Of a DNA stretch of 64,000 bases, positions 48,660 through 62,102 are shown one piece after another (within the stretch, counting starts at the first letter, position 1; each line of letters opens with the position of its first letter). The notes under the pieces were generated by a model. It had not been told where the DNA came from, searched no databases, and saw nothing but the letters and a program-made list of their open reading frames with translations. The stretch lies in the NCBI GenBank assembly GCA_021432655.1, contig MU271407.1:1-64000 (forward strand), in the 5' to 3' direction. Source of the DNA: Atractiella rhizophila. Taxonomy: Eukaryota. The position numbers and the translations under genes were made by a program.

Positions 48660-51600
48660 CTATACATTTTTATGGGAATCTTTGTAGCGTTTCCAAGCCT
48701 CTCTCGCGAGATCCTGTGCCTGCTTTGCGGAGAGGGTAGAGTTCTCCGATTGCAGCTCTTTGCCTTTCGCCTTTATAAAGGACTCATATTGACTTCTGCT
48801 GGGAGGTGGCGGGTTCCGGCTATCATAAAGAGTTCTCCAAGCTTTCCTTGCCAGAGCGTTGGCTTCCAGCAGGGTGATAGTGGCGTCGTTCTGGCGAATC
48901 TCTTCAGCCTTCTTCCTCGTGAACAAGATGTACTCCTTCCTCCCCGGTGAGAGTTTCTCCAAAATCGCGACGGGCTTCCGTCGGCGGCTGGGCTTGACAG
49001 TTCGTGGATCTAAGCACCATCTCATTCAGACGAAAGGAATGATGAAAGCTAGTTCCTCACTCTCGCATGGCTTACGAAATTCGTCCCATTCCTCCCCAAC
49101 CCGTTTACGAAGTTCAGATGGCGAAAGGTGTAAGTTATCTGCCTTGACCATGTCCTTCAAAAAGCGTTTGTAGTCCTCGACCGTGGTAAGGGCGGTAGTT
49201 ACATTGATAGCACATGGTACTAGGGCGTTCCTTCAGAAATCAAGCGTGAATCGCGAGAGAGGAAAGAAGAACCGACCATCCTTGCCTGATGAGACTTTCC
49301 ACTCATCGATAGCGATTTGGCGTCGCTCCTTGGGTGAAGTATCCGGATTGATACCTTTCAGCTCCTTCTCCTTCTGCCTCACGAAAGAAAAGAACTGCCT
49401 CCTTGTCCTCACTTCCTCCTCTACACGTCTCAGCTTCTCCTGCTTCCAGTCCTCGGCAACTTGTATTCTCGCAGCTTGTCGCTCGATATCTGGGTCCTGG
49501 TTCAAGATCTCCTCCATACGGCGACGTTGAAAGAGTATCTGCTCCATTTGCAAACTGCTCAATGCACTAGTTTTCTGTGCTGCTTCTGCCTGCTGCATGT
49601 TCTCCTGCGCTGTCAAAACATCAACAACGCTTACATCCTAATGCATTGAACATCCAGACTCACTCTCCCTCTTCACAACCCTTTGTTCCGTCCCTTCTAA
49701 CTCCATCTTCTTTTGACGTACTCCTGTTCTGGTCTTAGATTCTCTCCACTTCTGTTGCGCTGCCTGCTGAACTTCCACCTTCGAAAGTGTAGGGTTTTGA
49801 GCCGCGATTTCCTTTGATACTTGCCGCATGAACAAAACGTAGATCTTCTGTGCTGGAGTGATCCCTAACCCAATCAGAAGGAAGGTGTCAATGCCAGTTG
49901 AAAGGCGGAAACGGAGACTGACTCTCAGATATATGATCTGGACCGATCACTGTAAGGGCAGGCATAAGTTTTGTCCTTAGCAGAGAGCAAATGAATCGAG
50001 AACACACATGCTCGTGGTGGTAGAGAGGATCTCTCGTCGAGTTTCGCCACATCCATTTTCGCTTGTCGGCGTGCGTCTTCCGTAGACATCTCAGGATTGA
50101 GGTCCAAAATCTCTCTCATCCGATTCCTAACAGCACTGTAGAATTCGTCGACCTTTGTCTTCGGTGCTCTCACATTAACCTGGTCCGGAACTGATTCACC
50201 AAGATCAGCCATCTTCTTGACACTTAGAAAAGGAACTGGGTAGAAGAAAGGAAGGGTGGTGGTCGAGGAGACTGGGACGAGAAACGAACCAGGCAAACCA
50301 GTGTCCTTCTTCCACTCCTCTATCGCTGCACTTTTCAGCTGAAAGATCGTCATCGTCCTGCCACTCGCCGTCTCCCCCAGCTCCTTCTCCTTATCAACCA
50401 GGAACTGTTTATACCTCAAGTACAAAGCCCTCTTCTCTGCCAACCGTTCCCTTTCGCGCGCCTGGAACTCTGCCATCGCTTGCTCAGGCGTGAGGGTTGA
50501 CGTCGAAGTGTGGGAAGACGGATGGTTCGACATGGTGAGGCCGTTGGATGCTGCCCTGATTCTCGAACGGATGAAAAGAGCTAGCTCCTTTTTCTTGCCC
50601 TGAGGAAGAGATTCCAATTCTTCCTCTGATATGTCGAGTAAACCCCCTATCCATAACCCACGGTCAGGTCTTACATGTTTCTTACAAGTTATTATCAGCA
50701 GAATGAAACGTACTTCTTTTTAACCTGTTTTTCTTATTCTGTACTGCGCCCACAACTCTCCTTAGTCCATCTCTCAAGCTAGGTCGTCAAGGGAAGAGAT
50801 TGAGAAGGAGGAAAGACAAACATCGTTTCCAATCAGCCACGGCTTGCTTCCTCGCCTCCTTCCTCCTCATACTCAGATCGGAGTCCAAAATCTCTGCCGT
50901 CCTTGACCTGACGAAAGAGAGGAACGTGCGTTTGCCTCTCGATTGTATCGATTCGAGAGGGACGAGCTCTGTTAGATTTCGCGACTTCGAAAGCGATGTA
51001 GCTATAGGCAGGAACAGCACAACCGCAAAGTTCATCAGACCAACCCGAAATCAAAGTGGTGTAAGACGAACCCGCCTTCCTTTCCTTCTTAGCTGTTCAA
51101 CACCCTTCCGTCAGTCGTGGAGAGACGAGAAAGAAAGTGATGACACACCTTCTGCAGTTTGCTCGTTCCATTCTATTGTCGCTTTCTTCCTAGCTTCCCG
51201 ACCTGTCATCTGTATTCCCATTTCCCTCGCCCCAGCGCGGATAACCTCCGACCTTGCCTTCAAAAAATCGTAGAAAGGTTTCAAATCTGCCTTCTTCGCG
51301 CTCGGCGGCCCTGCATCCATCAACAATCAACCTGCCTCCTCCCCCCCCCCCCGGAAAACGTGGAATGGGAATGGGGAAACAAAAGGGGGACCTGCCTGCT
51401 CCAGCACGCTCTTTCGCTTTCTTCTCCTTCCACTCACTCCCCGCCCTTCGTCTCGCCTCTATCCCATCCACCTCCTCACCCTTCAATCGAGCTTCGTACG
51501 CAATTTCCTTGCTTCTCGACCTCAAGAAATCGTGGAGCGGTTTATTAGCTTCTTGCCTCGCGGTCATCGGGGGTTCATCACCTGTATACGTTTAACCCTA

Positions 51601-52430
51601 CACTGTCAGCAGTGTATCATTTGAAGGAAAGGAAGGAGATGTACGTACCGAATGCATCCCGTCCCTCAGCTCTGGCAACTTCCCAAGCGCTCAACGCCGC
51701 TTTGTACATCTCTCCCCTACTACCACGTTTTCCTCCCGAGAATTTGTGCATGTTAAGTGCGAAAAAAACGTCAAAGGATCTCATGATCTTCCTCCTCATG
51801 TTCTGCGGTACGCCTATCCATCCGCATCAACATCAGAGGGGACAGAAAGTACAGGGAAGAGGAGGAAGGAAGTGGATGACATGGTCAGAGGACAAACCAG
51901 CATTGTATTCCTCCAATACCCTCTTCGTCACGATCGACATCCCCTTCTTCTCCCACTTCCCTCCGTTCTCTTTCTTCCACTCTTCCCTCGCGGCGGGGAA
52001 CCTCTGAGCTATGAAACGAAGAAAGTTGTCAATCGAGGCTTCCACTTTCGCTTCGTGTCTTTGTCAGCAAAGTAACGTTGGGAACAGGACTCGAGGGCTT
52101 ACGGGTGGTGCCTGTGGAGGGAAAATTTGTTTCTTTCGGTAGAGGAGAGTCAGACGGCGGCGTTGGGAGGGATGCGAGACGCATTCGTTTAGGGGGAGGA
52201 GGGTGAGGGAACGTGGAGGTGAGGAATCCGAATCCCGTTCTATCAATCAATTGGTTAGAGCATAGGACAAAAAATAGAAGAAGAAAGCGAACACATCGAG
52301 TAGAATACCTAGCCATTCTCTGACGTACTTCCCTTCCAGCACGCCAACCTCCTCCACAGCTGAAGCTTCGTTTTCCACATCTGCCAGTCTGAAGAAAGAC
52401 TGCGTGGACAAAGAAACCATCGTGGGAGGT
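48660..52430 (-). CDS. Multi-exon protein with ~14 YABBY/HMG-box-like helical repeats
   Basis: A recurrent [FY]xxFxRxRxxEI-x(5-10)-[ST]xxEAxxxAxxxW motif appears in consecutive minus-strand exons. The start codon is uncertain (~52420 or up to 52760). Confidence 0.72.
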
Positions 52431-54160
52431 ATGCTAGGCGATGGAAAATGTTTTTTGAGGTCATAAGCGATAGAATGGTGCTTCCTCGTTCCCAAACGAC
52501 CATTCGAACTGGAGCTGCTTCCTTCTTCAGAACTCGAAAGCCGGGAGAAAAGAGGGACAAACACAGAGTTGGTTGAAGGATTGCGAAGAAACGGGAATGA
52601 ACGATGCAGGGAGAGCACAAACGGGCTCATAGCATACCACAAGCTGACACGACCACGAAACTTTTTCAGTTAGGCGGCCGGAAAGACATACCTTAGGGGG
52701 ACTGAGAGCGCTCAGCAAAAGGAAGCAATAGGCGGAAATGGCAGGACGCATGAGATACATGAGGCCTCATGAGGCATGAGGCATGGCGCTAGCGAAGAGG
52801 AATTCAGCATTCTGGGAGATGATAGGCTAGTGGCGGAATTTCGACAGGGAACAGTGGTTCGCCTTCAAGTCTTCACTCACCCATTCCTTTGAATAGCGTT
52901 GGAATCCCGCCTACTATGCATTGCTCGATGTACAGCGTCATCTGAACTTTTGATTCTACCTCCTGATAGTCGTGGCAAAATATCGAGATTTGTTCTACAA
53001 ATAAGATGTGCATGCCAAATGGGATCCTTGTCTCTTACAATCGAAACATGCGCTATCACCGTCGTGATCTTGGAGGACAGATTCTGTCAAAGTATAATAT
53101 ATATCAAAGGGCAGGACTACTGCACTCCAACCACAACGACTTAGGTGGACGTTTCGTCAGCATTTGAGCCTCGTCTCCACCTCCTCTCGCTCGAGGTTGG
53201 GGAACCTACTGAAGGAAAGCAGTTCCGTCAATGACCAAAGAACTACCGCTTCGCCCTGTCCTCATTCGCGTCCAACTTTGCACACATTTCAAACTGACAG
53301 ACGACATCATCTGTTCTTGAACCAGGATGTGCTCGATATATACCTCGGATCTGAGGATACCACGCTAGAGGTTGGCGGGTGATGCAAACAGCGTAGTCAG
53401 ACAAAAATGTAATGTGTCTATAGATTCAGGACGATTTATGGATGCTTCATGGAATGGGGTCAAATTGGAGTTTGGAGGGTCAATAACAATGTTTTCGGTG
53501 AGGCAGGTTGGAGCCCAACGTGATGGGCTCCAGAGTTCAAATATCTAACTAGTCGCCCATTCGCCTCTATGCCTGCCTCTGTCCTCTCCATCTTCCAACA
53601 TTAGACAGAATGATGAGTTCTTCTTCTATTCTTCTGCATCTTCCCGCGATCATGTGATCTACAAGATCGATGCTGTTCATGACGTAACTTTTGACGTCGA
53701 CCGTACCCAATGAAATGCTAAACCTCGTCTTGCTCCTTCACTTAGAGCCACTCAGACTTTCTTGAGAGGCATGTTAAGTCGAAGAAGACGCGCTGTGAGG
53801 AGGCAGGTAAATGCTCCCGTTGTCTTTTGCTTCGTGATACAAGGCATGGGGAATGATGGCCAGGATTGTTCAGCGGCGAAGTTTTGAGGAACGCACGTCA
53901 TTCTTGCGCTGTTATCCCGACAAAAACAGGATACAGCGAGTGAATTGGGATACCTGAACAATTGCTGATGCAATAATTGAGCAGCTTCCACGCGTTTTCC
54001 TGGAATATCCTGACGTCTGCTTTGTTGATGCTTCCAACAGCAAGCCTATAAAAAACCTGATCCTGATCCTTCCCTTTCCCTCATCTTCAACGCTTCAGCA
54101 GTTCTTCATTCGACTTTCGAGCTTTCGACGACTCTAACGAAACCCAAGAAATCAATCATC

Positions 54161-55126
54161 ATGATCTCCCTCCTCCTCAGCGCTCTCATCGCATCGGCCA
54201 TCGCCACGCCTTACGGATACCCAGTCATCAAGCGCCAGTCCTTCCCCAACAACACTCCCTCTTGTGCTCCTTTCTGCCTCGCCGTCAAGATCACAGAACA
54301 GCCCTACCTAGCTCCAGGTACAACTCCAGGAGATTTGGCGGCCGCTTGCAACGTTAGCAGCTTTACGGGTGCTTACGAGCAATGCTGCAGGGATCACTGC
54401 GTGCGTTTCCATTTTCTGTTAATCTGTTACTGTCGGAGTTTACTAATAAATCATTCACAGAGCAAGGATGACCTTCAAAATGCTCTCAACGCTGGAAGCG
54501 CGGTGTGCAAGTCTGCGCAAAACGGTTCGTCTTTCTAACATCTCCCTATACGTAATATCTAGCGTAATCTGACGACATCGAATGAATAGGAGACGCGCCG
54601 CCTCCTTCCTCTGTCGTCTCCAGTGCTAGCGCGGCCATCTCTTCCGTCCAATCCAGCGTCTCGTTCGTTCCCCCTCCTTCAAGCCTCAAGCCATGACGAC
54701 TAACATCATGGAAACAGCCAAGAGGTAGCCTCCCTCTCCTCCTCAGCGTCCCAAGCTTCCGCCTCCGTTTCCTCTGTCGCATCCCAGCTCTCAGCCTCGC
54801 TCTCATCCGTCCGCTCCTCCCTTTCCTCTGCCGCTTCCCAGCAACTCGCATCCGCCACCTCTGCCAGTGGAGCGGCGAGCAGCATCCAGGCGAGCGTCTC
54901 TAGCGTGCTGAGCCAGGCTTCAGCGAGCGCAAGCAGTGTGTTGGCCGTACGTATTCCTGTCCTCCTTCCCAAAACACGTTTATCTCATCTTTCTTTCTCG
55001 ATACAGAGCGCCACGTCTGCTGCTGCAACCCAGCAAACAAACTCAAACTCTCCGGCATCCACTCTCCAAGTCGAAAAGGCTGGAATTCTCCTTACTGTGG
55101 TCGGAGCTGTTGCTTTTATGCTCTAA
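54161..55126 (+). CDS. CFEM-like secreted Ser/Ala-rich protein with a GPI-like tail, paralog of 44071-44961
   Basis: Signal MISLLLSALIASAIA and KR site; PSCAPFC...GDLAAAC...YEQCCRDHC...SAVC; Ser/Ala stalk; C-terminus GILLTVVGAVAFML; TATAAAAA at ~54048. Confidence 0.82.
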
Positions 55127-57045
55127 GCGATGTCTTTCCACAGTTTACTGTAGTAGAGGGTATGATTGATTTCACGACGTGATGTAATGATTTTCATTCT
55201 GTGAATACTTCGACGTTCGACGTTCGATATACGATGTCGTCGCTTATTGTTAATGATTCAATGCATTAAACCACTTTTAATATCATACCTGCTTACAGTA
55301 ACATTCGGTTAATTAACAAAGATCTTAAATGTTACTAACTGCGTTGTAAAAGGATATCAAAGAGAGCTGATTTATTATGTATTACTGGTTAGCCAAAGTT
55401 GCGTGTGGCAAGAGGGGGTTCAAGATCTTGATTATTTCATGAGAGGGGAGATAACAGGTGAGTCAGTCACATCTAGAGAACGGCTTGAAAGCAACAACAA
55501 CAACGTTTCATCTGCAATGTCTCTTAAGGTTCTCGGTGCCTCTGTGACTTTGATGAACATCAAATAAACAACATCTGACTTTCACGAAATGGATCACTTG
55601 CCCATTCTTAGTAACAGGGAATTTTCCATCCCAGATGTGGAGCGGGCTGGAATGTGCCTCGGATCGGGTGGAGCGGGCATTGGACAAAGTAATCCGCAAT
55701 CTGCCGGCAGGAACAAGAGTGAGGTGAGGAGGGAGTGCTGGAGCCGAACGGATGTTTCGCCCATTCATGGTATGTCTTCTAAACGCTGTTGTTTCAGAGC
55801 ACAACTCAGTTTTCCATTGTGCCTTCTTGACAAAATTGTGGACGAGATTGAGAGTTGAAATTACTTGCTCACACTGCATTCATATTTTTGTCCGGTTGCG
55901 GAATTATTATTCTGTTCTCTCTGGCGGAATCTGCGCTCTTGTGAGTTTCGGCGTTGTAATATCTGGATTCATTGTCTTGCTTGACAAGCTACATTTACTG
56001 CCCGTCTAAATAAGCTGTTGCTGCAACATCGTTGTTCGATCAAAGTGTAACCGATGAATCTGATGCTAAGTCCTCTGAAACCTCCTTGACTATGTGGAGT
56101 TCAAGACATTTCTCCCAATCATCAATCAGTCAGCGTTAAACGATCTTGGCATCATAACTCTGTTCAGCGCTCAACTTTCTCCTCGTTGCTGGGCTAAAGC
56201 GGAGGATGTACGTAGAATGTGTGCCTAGTTCGCATCTCACCCTATCCTTTCTCTAAGCAAAGACTGATTCCATCGCGCACCACATTAATGACGCTGCCGC
56301 CGACGTCAAAGTCACGGCGCCGTGATTCGATGCGCGAACAAGCCACACCAATCCAGTGGGCCTTGCTTTCTCCATCGGTTCAATCGCTCCCTAGAGTAAT
56401 TTCTTCGTACAGCCTACTATCAGGCAATCTTTTGACCCGCAGACTAACTACAACATACTCAGGCCGTTGCTGTGATTATTGAGGAAGTGTAACATTTTTC
56501 TTGTACGACCTTCACCTTCCTCTGTAAAGCCAGATATGATCAGCACGATCATCTTAGACCTAGATTAGTGATAATTTTGGTGATAAATTACCAACTTTGT
56601 CCTGTAAAGTCCTGCATATACCTCCCGATTGTTTGATCCTCTTTTGTTGCACTGTCCGCGGTACAGGCTTGTGTCCAGTTCATTGGCACCACCACGCCGC
56701 TTTAACCGGATTTGCTTGGGATGTTCCAATGTTATCTCGGATATTGTACAAAATCCCGCTGTTCGATGTTCCCAACAGAGGGGGGAAGCCTTTGCGACCT
56801 TCCAGTCCCAATTCGCTGCTTGAATGAGAGCAAACCGCGTATTATAAGTGGGCTCGAATGCCTCCCTTCCAGCACCCTACAGTGCGGAAGGAGGTAGAGC
56901 TAGCTAAAACATCCACTTCACTTCATCCTAACACGTAAAACGATTTGGAAATAGATGGCCTGTAGTTCTTGCAAAACACGAAAGGTTGGCTTTGAGTTTT
57001 GCCTCGATCGCGTTCTGACCCACAGTCGCGGTTAGATCAAGTGCG

Positions 57046-57691
57046 ATGGTAGACGACCGACCTGCACTTCGTGTTTGAGGCTGGGGAAGACCAAAGGTTG
57101 GAATTCGAACGACATCGACTGCGTCTATCCACCGCCCTCAAAATGGGCCCAGGCTGCCAACAAAATCCTAGAGGAAAACAAAGCAGAGTTGAAGCGCTTG
57201 AAAGCTGTCGAGGACCTTGAAACTCGATTGCGTAAGCTTCTTTCCTGCATTCCCGCCCCCTGATCTCTTTAATGCAGCTAATTGCTCATGTAGAGTCCTT
57301 CGAGCACAAGTTATCACTTTTTCTTGAACCCTCGTCGACAAAGGACCAGATGATGGGAATGGCAGCAGAACCGTCTTCATCTGGAGCTCGGTCGCCTTCC
57401 CTCTCCCTCTCATCGTCCATTTCGTCGTCCTCGCGGAGAGACCTATTTTCTCCTCCTTCACCGTCTTCTTCGTCCTCTTGTACCTCCTCCGTCCGCTCGC
57501 AGTCAATACCAGGTTCCCCTCCACCGCCACGTCAGTTCGAAGAGTATGAGGATTTGGGACCAGACGAGGCATTACAGATGCTCCTTTTACACTTTCCAAC
57601 ATCGAGCATGCTTGATGAGCTGGCTCTATATCGTTCGAAAGCTCATCCTTCAAGCCCACATTTGTTATGGTACCCTGCCCACCAAGGCTAA
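57046..57691 (+). CDS. Hypothetical protein with a coiled coil and Ser-rich region
   Basis: Exon-like KWAQAANKILEENKAELKRLKAVEDLETRL is joined through a GTAAGC...TAG intron to a Ser/Pro-rich ORF. The start is uncertain. Confidence 0.4.
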
Positions 57692-57794
57692 AGGCATTAA
57701 TTTATTGGTTTGCTTTTAAGTGTGCACTTTATGACTTGTATTTGGTTTGGTTTATGATTGTACAACAAATTTGGAATGTCATTAGAGTTTCTGC

Positions 57795-59120
57795 TCACTG
57801 ACCCAATCGCTCTGTCCACCACTTCCTGAACCTGTCTTCCCCTTCGATTTTGTGCAAGTCCAGACCCAGATTCCCCTGTGCCTTCATTCCAAGTTTGCAG
57901 TCTTTGGGTCTCCTCGTCTCTCCCTTCGTGAGATCCGGCCCCCGGCGTATTGGAACCAAGTGCTCGAGCGATGGCTTAGAAGGCAGACACGATGCAAAGA
58001 GTTGGCACATCGTGAGTTTTGTGTAGGGCACGGAGGAGGAATAGTGTAAGATCTTGGGAAACGGAGAAGTGGTATCCTTGAGGTAAACGTCTGCAAAGTA
58101 TTTGTCAAAATGCCGAGGAGAGTTTGAAAGATGCACCTGTTATTCTCAGAAGCGCTACCGCCACGTCCTGTCGTCTCAATTAGATAGAAAACGAAGAAGG
58201 ACTCGAGCTCACATCTACATGAGTGGGATACCTGACTGCCCAATCATCCATATCCACCTTCTCCTTCCCAGCCTTATTGAGAACAACGTCGACCAAGATG
58301 TTGACTGCAGATTCCGCATTGTATTCCGCCTTGCCGTATCTGGTCACTGCAATTATATTGGGCGAAGTTGGCCATGAAGACGCACAGGATGGGCACTCTG
58401 ACTACCACGTTCTTGCCTTTGCCGGCAACTGTCTCTCTCTCTCCTAGCTCCTTCGTCTTCCCGTACAGATTAAGGGGTTCAGTTGGGTCCTCTTCAGCAT
58501 ATCCACTCTCTGGCGCATCGCCTGGTTGTCGCTGATTGAGTAACCTCCAGTCATTCTGTGTGTGAAGGGATGAACCGACCAGGGAATACGTAGTCCGTGC
58601 TCACATAGACAAGCAGTCCATCATACTGAGCAAGGGTGCGTGTGGCTTCCACGTTCAATCGCTCAGCAGCCGAAGGATCTTTCTCGGCGACATCGGGGCG
58701 TCTCTCAGCGGCGCAGTGCACGATGGCTTTCTCCCTTATTAAAAATTTCCACTGGTTAAGAAGGCAGTACGCACCATCTGGTTTGTACGATTCCAACAGT
58801 GATTTTACAGCATTGGTATCTGTGAGATCGAGCTTCGTAGCACCCGGCGCAGATCGAGAGTAGGAAAGCGGGAGAACTATTGGATAGTGAGCACTAGACG
58901 GTTTACCATATGGTAGATATGCTGAACGTACCTTGGTGCCCCGCGTCGCGAAATACTCTCACAACGGATCGTCCAAGCAGTCTATTATGCTTCATCAAGT
59001 TATTTTCTTCTGCAACATTGGAACCCAAACCCGGTGGAGCCAGTGATAAGGATTTTTGGTTTCGATTCTACCAAGTGGTGAAATGGAGGCAGAAGACCAA
59101 AGGTTGTGCACACCAGTCAT
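57795..59120 (-). CDS. RmlD-like extended SDR (dTDP-4-dehydrorhamnose reductase / MAT2B family)
   Basis: KILITGSTGLLGR, IVHCAAERRPDVAE, YVSTDYVF, PLNLYGKTK, VRVPIL and RYPTH motifs. Confidence 0.92.
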
Positions 59121-60142
59121 TTCAAGTTAGATCTGTGGAGAAACCCTGTTAGCTATGAGGAATACTCGGATGTCGCTGGTTTGAGGGTATTAGATCTACA
59201 TTTCCAGGCAGCTCCGCTCCAAGTTTGTATTTCCCCTTTCTTCTCTGCTTGTGCAATAGGTGCCAACATAAATGACATGTTAGTCTCATCAGTCTTACCA
59301 TCAGTGTGCACCACAGCTCCTCTGCTCAAACAACCAATTGCACAAGATAAAGAACGTCCGTTACAGTCTCCACTCTAACGCAATGCGTCTGGATCAATAA
59401 CACGAGCACTCACATCTGATTGACCTATCAGCCCGTTTGCGACGCGCCTTTAATCTCTCTGTAGTACCTCTTCGATCAGCTACGATGTATGTACGACGAA
59501 CCACAAATGTTGCACTGGCCCCCAAGGCCTCCTATCCCAGCCCCTTTTGATGTCTTTGCTGAAATGAAAATTTGAAAGTCATATTGCGGAGTTCAAGCGC
59601 TCAAGAGCATAAGACACCCGTTTTGAGTTAGTTTGCAGACACATTGTTACGGCTTGACGAGGCCAGAACTATGTGGAGCTGCGAGCTCTTCACACCAACC
59701 CCCTTTCCCGTAACTTCACTGTGTTCCAGCAAATAGGAGTCTCCCTAAAGCTGCAATGGTCGCAACCTAAAGTCTTATTCGAAGGTAACATGCGTTACGA
59801 AATAAATTCCTGATTGTTCCACGACACGGCGATACAAGATCGTGTCAAATCCAATCCGTATGGCGCTGAGGGACGGGAGGCAGAGCATTACCGTCTTTGG
59901 GAAGTCAACATGTCAGCCTTCGCCGTTCTCATACGACATGTGTAACAAAGTTATGTAGCAAAGACGCAGTGTTCAGAATCTGACAGTCACACATGCCACG
60001 TCACTGGAACAGGTTCAGATTGCTCCAGAGAACAAATCATATTAATGCGGCTTGTATCTCTTTCAAAGAGTTTTCGAAAGGGGAAAAGGCAATTTACATC
60101 GAACGAAGGTGGTGGGGAGATACTGCAAAGAGTACGAACTGT

Positions 60143-60580
60143 CTATTTTGATGATCCCAACTTGAGCGCCTTCTGTACGCCGTCACATCCCCCTCTGACG
60201 CAAACGAATCCACCTTCTGGTCCTCCTAGGTCGCAACGAACATCCTCGGAGAAGGGACAAGGCTGTTGAAATGCTTAGCGTGGCTCTCAGCACAAGTTTA
60301 CATGAAACGCGAACACAATCTTTTGGGCTGTTGACACAGTCAAAGGTGTTGCACAAATACCGGTCGCATTCAGCTGTTCCAAATATAACCGTCGTCAGAA
60401 AGATAGGATTGCCGACGAGGACATAGGAAGACCTTGAGCCATGCTCCAGCGATATTGTTCTCCAGGCTGAGGTTCCCGCTGTTGCCTCTGCTCTGCCCTG
60501 TCGTGGTGAAAAATTTGCTCGAAGAGGTTTCCAAACTGAGCAGCAGCGAGCGCTGGCAAGAGGAGTAGGTAGACCAGCAT
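60143..60580 (-). CDS. LCL2: Long chronological lifespan protein 2-like small secreted Cys-rich protein
   Basis: Signal peptide, then QFGNLFEQIF; ECDRYLCNTFDCVNSPKDC/PCP...RC...FVCVRGGC. Confidence 0.82.
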
Positions 60581-60892
60581 CTTCGCTTCGAAAAAGAGTG
60601 TTGACTTAAGCGTTGGAAACAAAGAATAAGGTCCAGAGCTTAACCCACAATAAGGTTCAACAAAAAAGTAGGGTTTAGAAATGCTTGTTAAGTTTAAGAT
60701 TTAAATAGAAAAAGCACAAGCCTTGTTGAGTCATACACGCGTAAAGTCATTTTTTTCCCTTGCGCTTGTGACCGCATTCATCGACCGCCCGCAATTTACA
60801 CCTAAACTCCACCGACTCAGCATATAACTCAACTCAGCTCAATTCCACTCGAATCGCCACCACCCACTTGCATAATTATCTGCTCCAGGAAC

Positions 60893-62102
60893 ATGCATAC
60901 GCGTCGCACCCTGGTCTCCTTGGCCACCGACGCCCAGGGTCCCGCCTTCCGAACCCGCTCGAAAGGCCCTCCCCTCCCCCGAGTGCAGAGCACCAGGAAT
61001 ACTTCGAAAAAGGGCAAGAAGAGGGCGAGGGAGCTGGATGGGGACGAGTCCACGAGGCGACGGAAGAGGCAGAAATCAGAGGGTATGTGGACTACTCTCC
61101 CTTCTCCCGCGTCTCCGAGGTACGTGCTGTCATGTGCTGATGAAGACGGCAGCAGATTCGGATATCCAAGTCATTGAAAGTCAAGAATCCGAGCTATCTC
61201 CCTTCGACATCCCTCCCATTGAAAGCGCGGTGTCGGAAATCGCCAGTGCGGAATCAGCCAGTACAGAAGGGGACGAAAACGGCTGTATGCAATTTCCTCC
61301 CTTCTTCACCCGTGAATTCCATAAAAAAAACTATTCGAACTACAGTGTACTCGGATCCCTCTCGCTCTCCTTCAAGAACGATATCCCCCGCTCCAAATCC
61401 GCTCGAATACACCTTTTCCAACCGTCTTTCCCAGATCTCAAGTTTGCCTCCCTCCCCTCCTCCCCTCCAATCCCTCTGATGGATGACCTAGTCCATCGTT
61501 CCCGCTGTCGCACTCCACGAGAGCATGATTCTTCCACTCCCACCGCCACTCCCTTCACCAAGGACGGGAAAGAAATCTCCGCCTCCTCCCTCGCGCGAAC
61601 TGAACCAGACCTCGATTCCTCCTACGTCATTCCAACCTTAACCACTCCCTGGAAGAACTCATCTACCCATCCTGACTCTCCCACCGGTTCCCTCGCTCCC
61701 ACCGAACCTCCAACGCCAGATGTTTCCTTTCGACAACCCCCAATCAGAGGGAAGAAGCCGATCCCTTACATCGTCCAACTCCCTAATGGAGGCTGCGAAT
61801 ACAAGTTTCCGCCAGACGCGGATTTCGACTATCGCTCCCCCTCTCCCACCCCTCCCCCTACTCCGAAACCGAGCCAGGGGCCGATGCCTCTCAGGAAAGA
61901 GGAAAGGGTGAGGATTAGGAGACCGAGACTGGTGAAGCAAGAGGATGTGGAGGCGGTTTATTCGAAGGAGAATATGAGGGCGGTCACCGTGCGGGACTTC
62001 TTGTTCCCAGAAGGAGAGGAGAAGAGGAACAACCCGATAGCTTGGAAAGTGAAGATATGTGGAGGGGTGAACGAGCAACAATGGGTCGAGGCGAAGAGGT
62101 GA
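60893..62102 (+). CDS. Hypothetical Ser/Pro-rich, probably disordered protein with a basic NLS-like N-terminus
   Basis: An ATG exon with KKGKKRAR...RRRKRQK is spliced (GTATGT...CAG) to a long open frame. No recognisable domain. Confidence 0.55.

Noticed and set aside
53500..53700. Box C/D snoRNA candidate (ATGATGA at ~53610) and a nearby GGAGCCC/GGGCTCC hairpin
   Set aside because: No box D at a suitable distance and no terminal stem.
55500..56900. Possible degenerate transposon or gene relic
   Set aside because: All frames are interrupted by stops, with no recognisable motif or terminal repeat.
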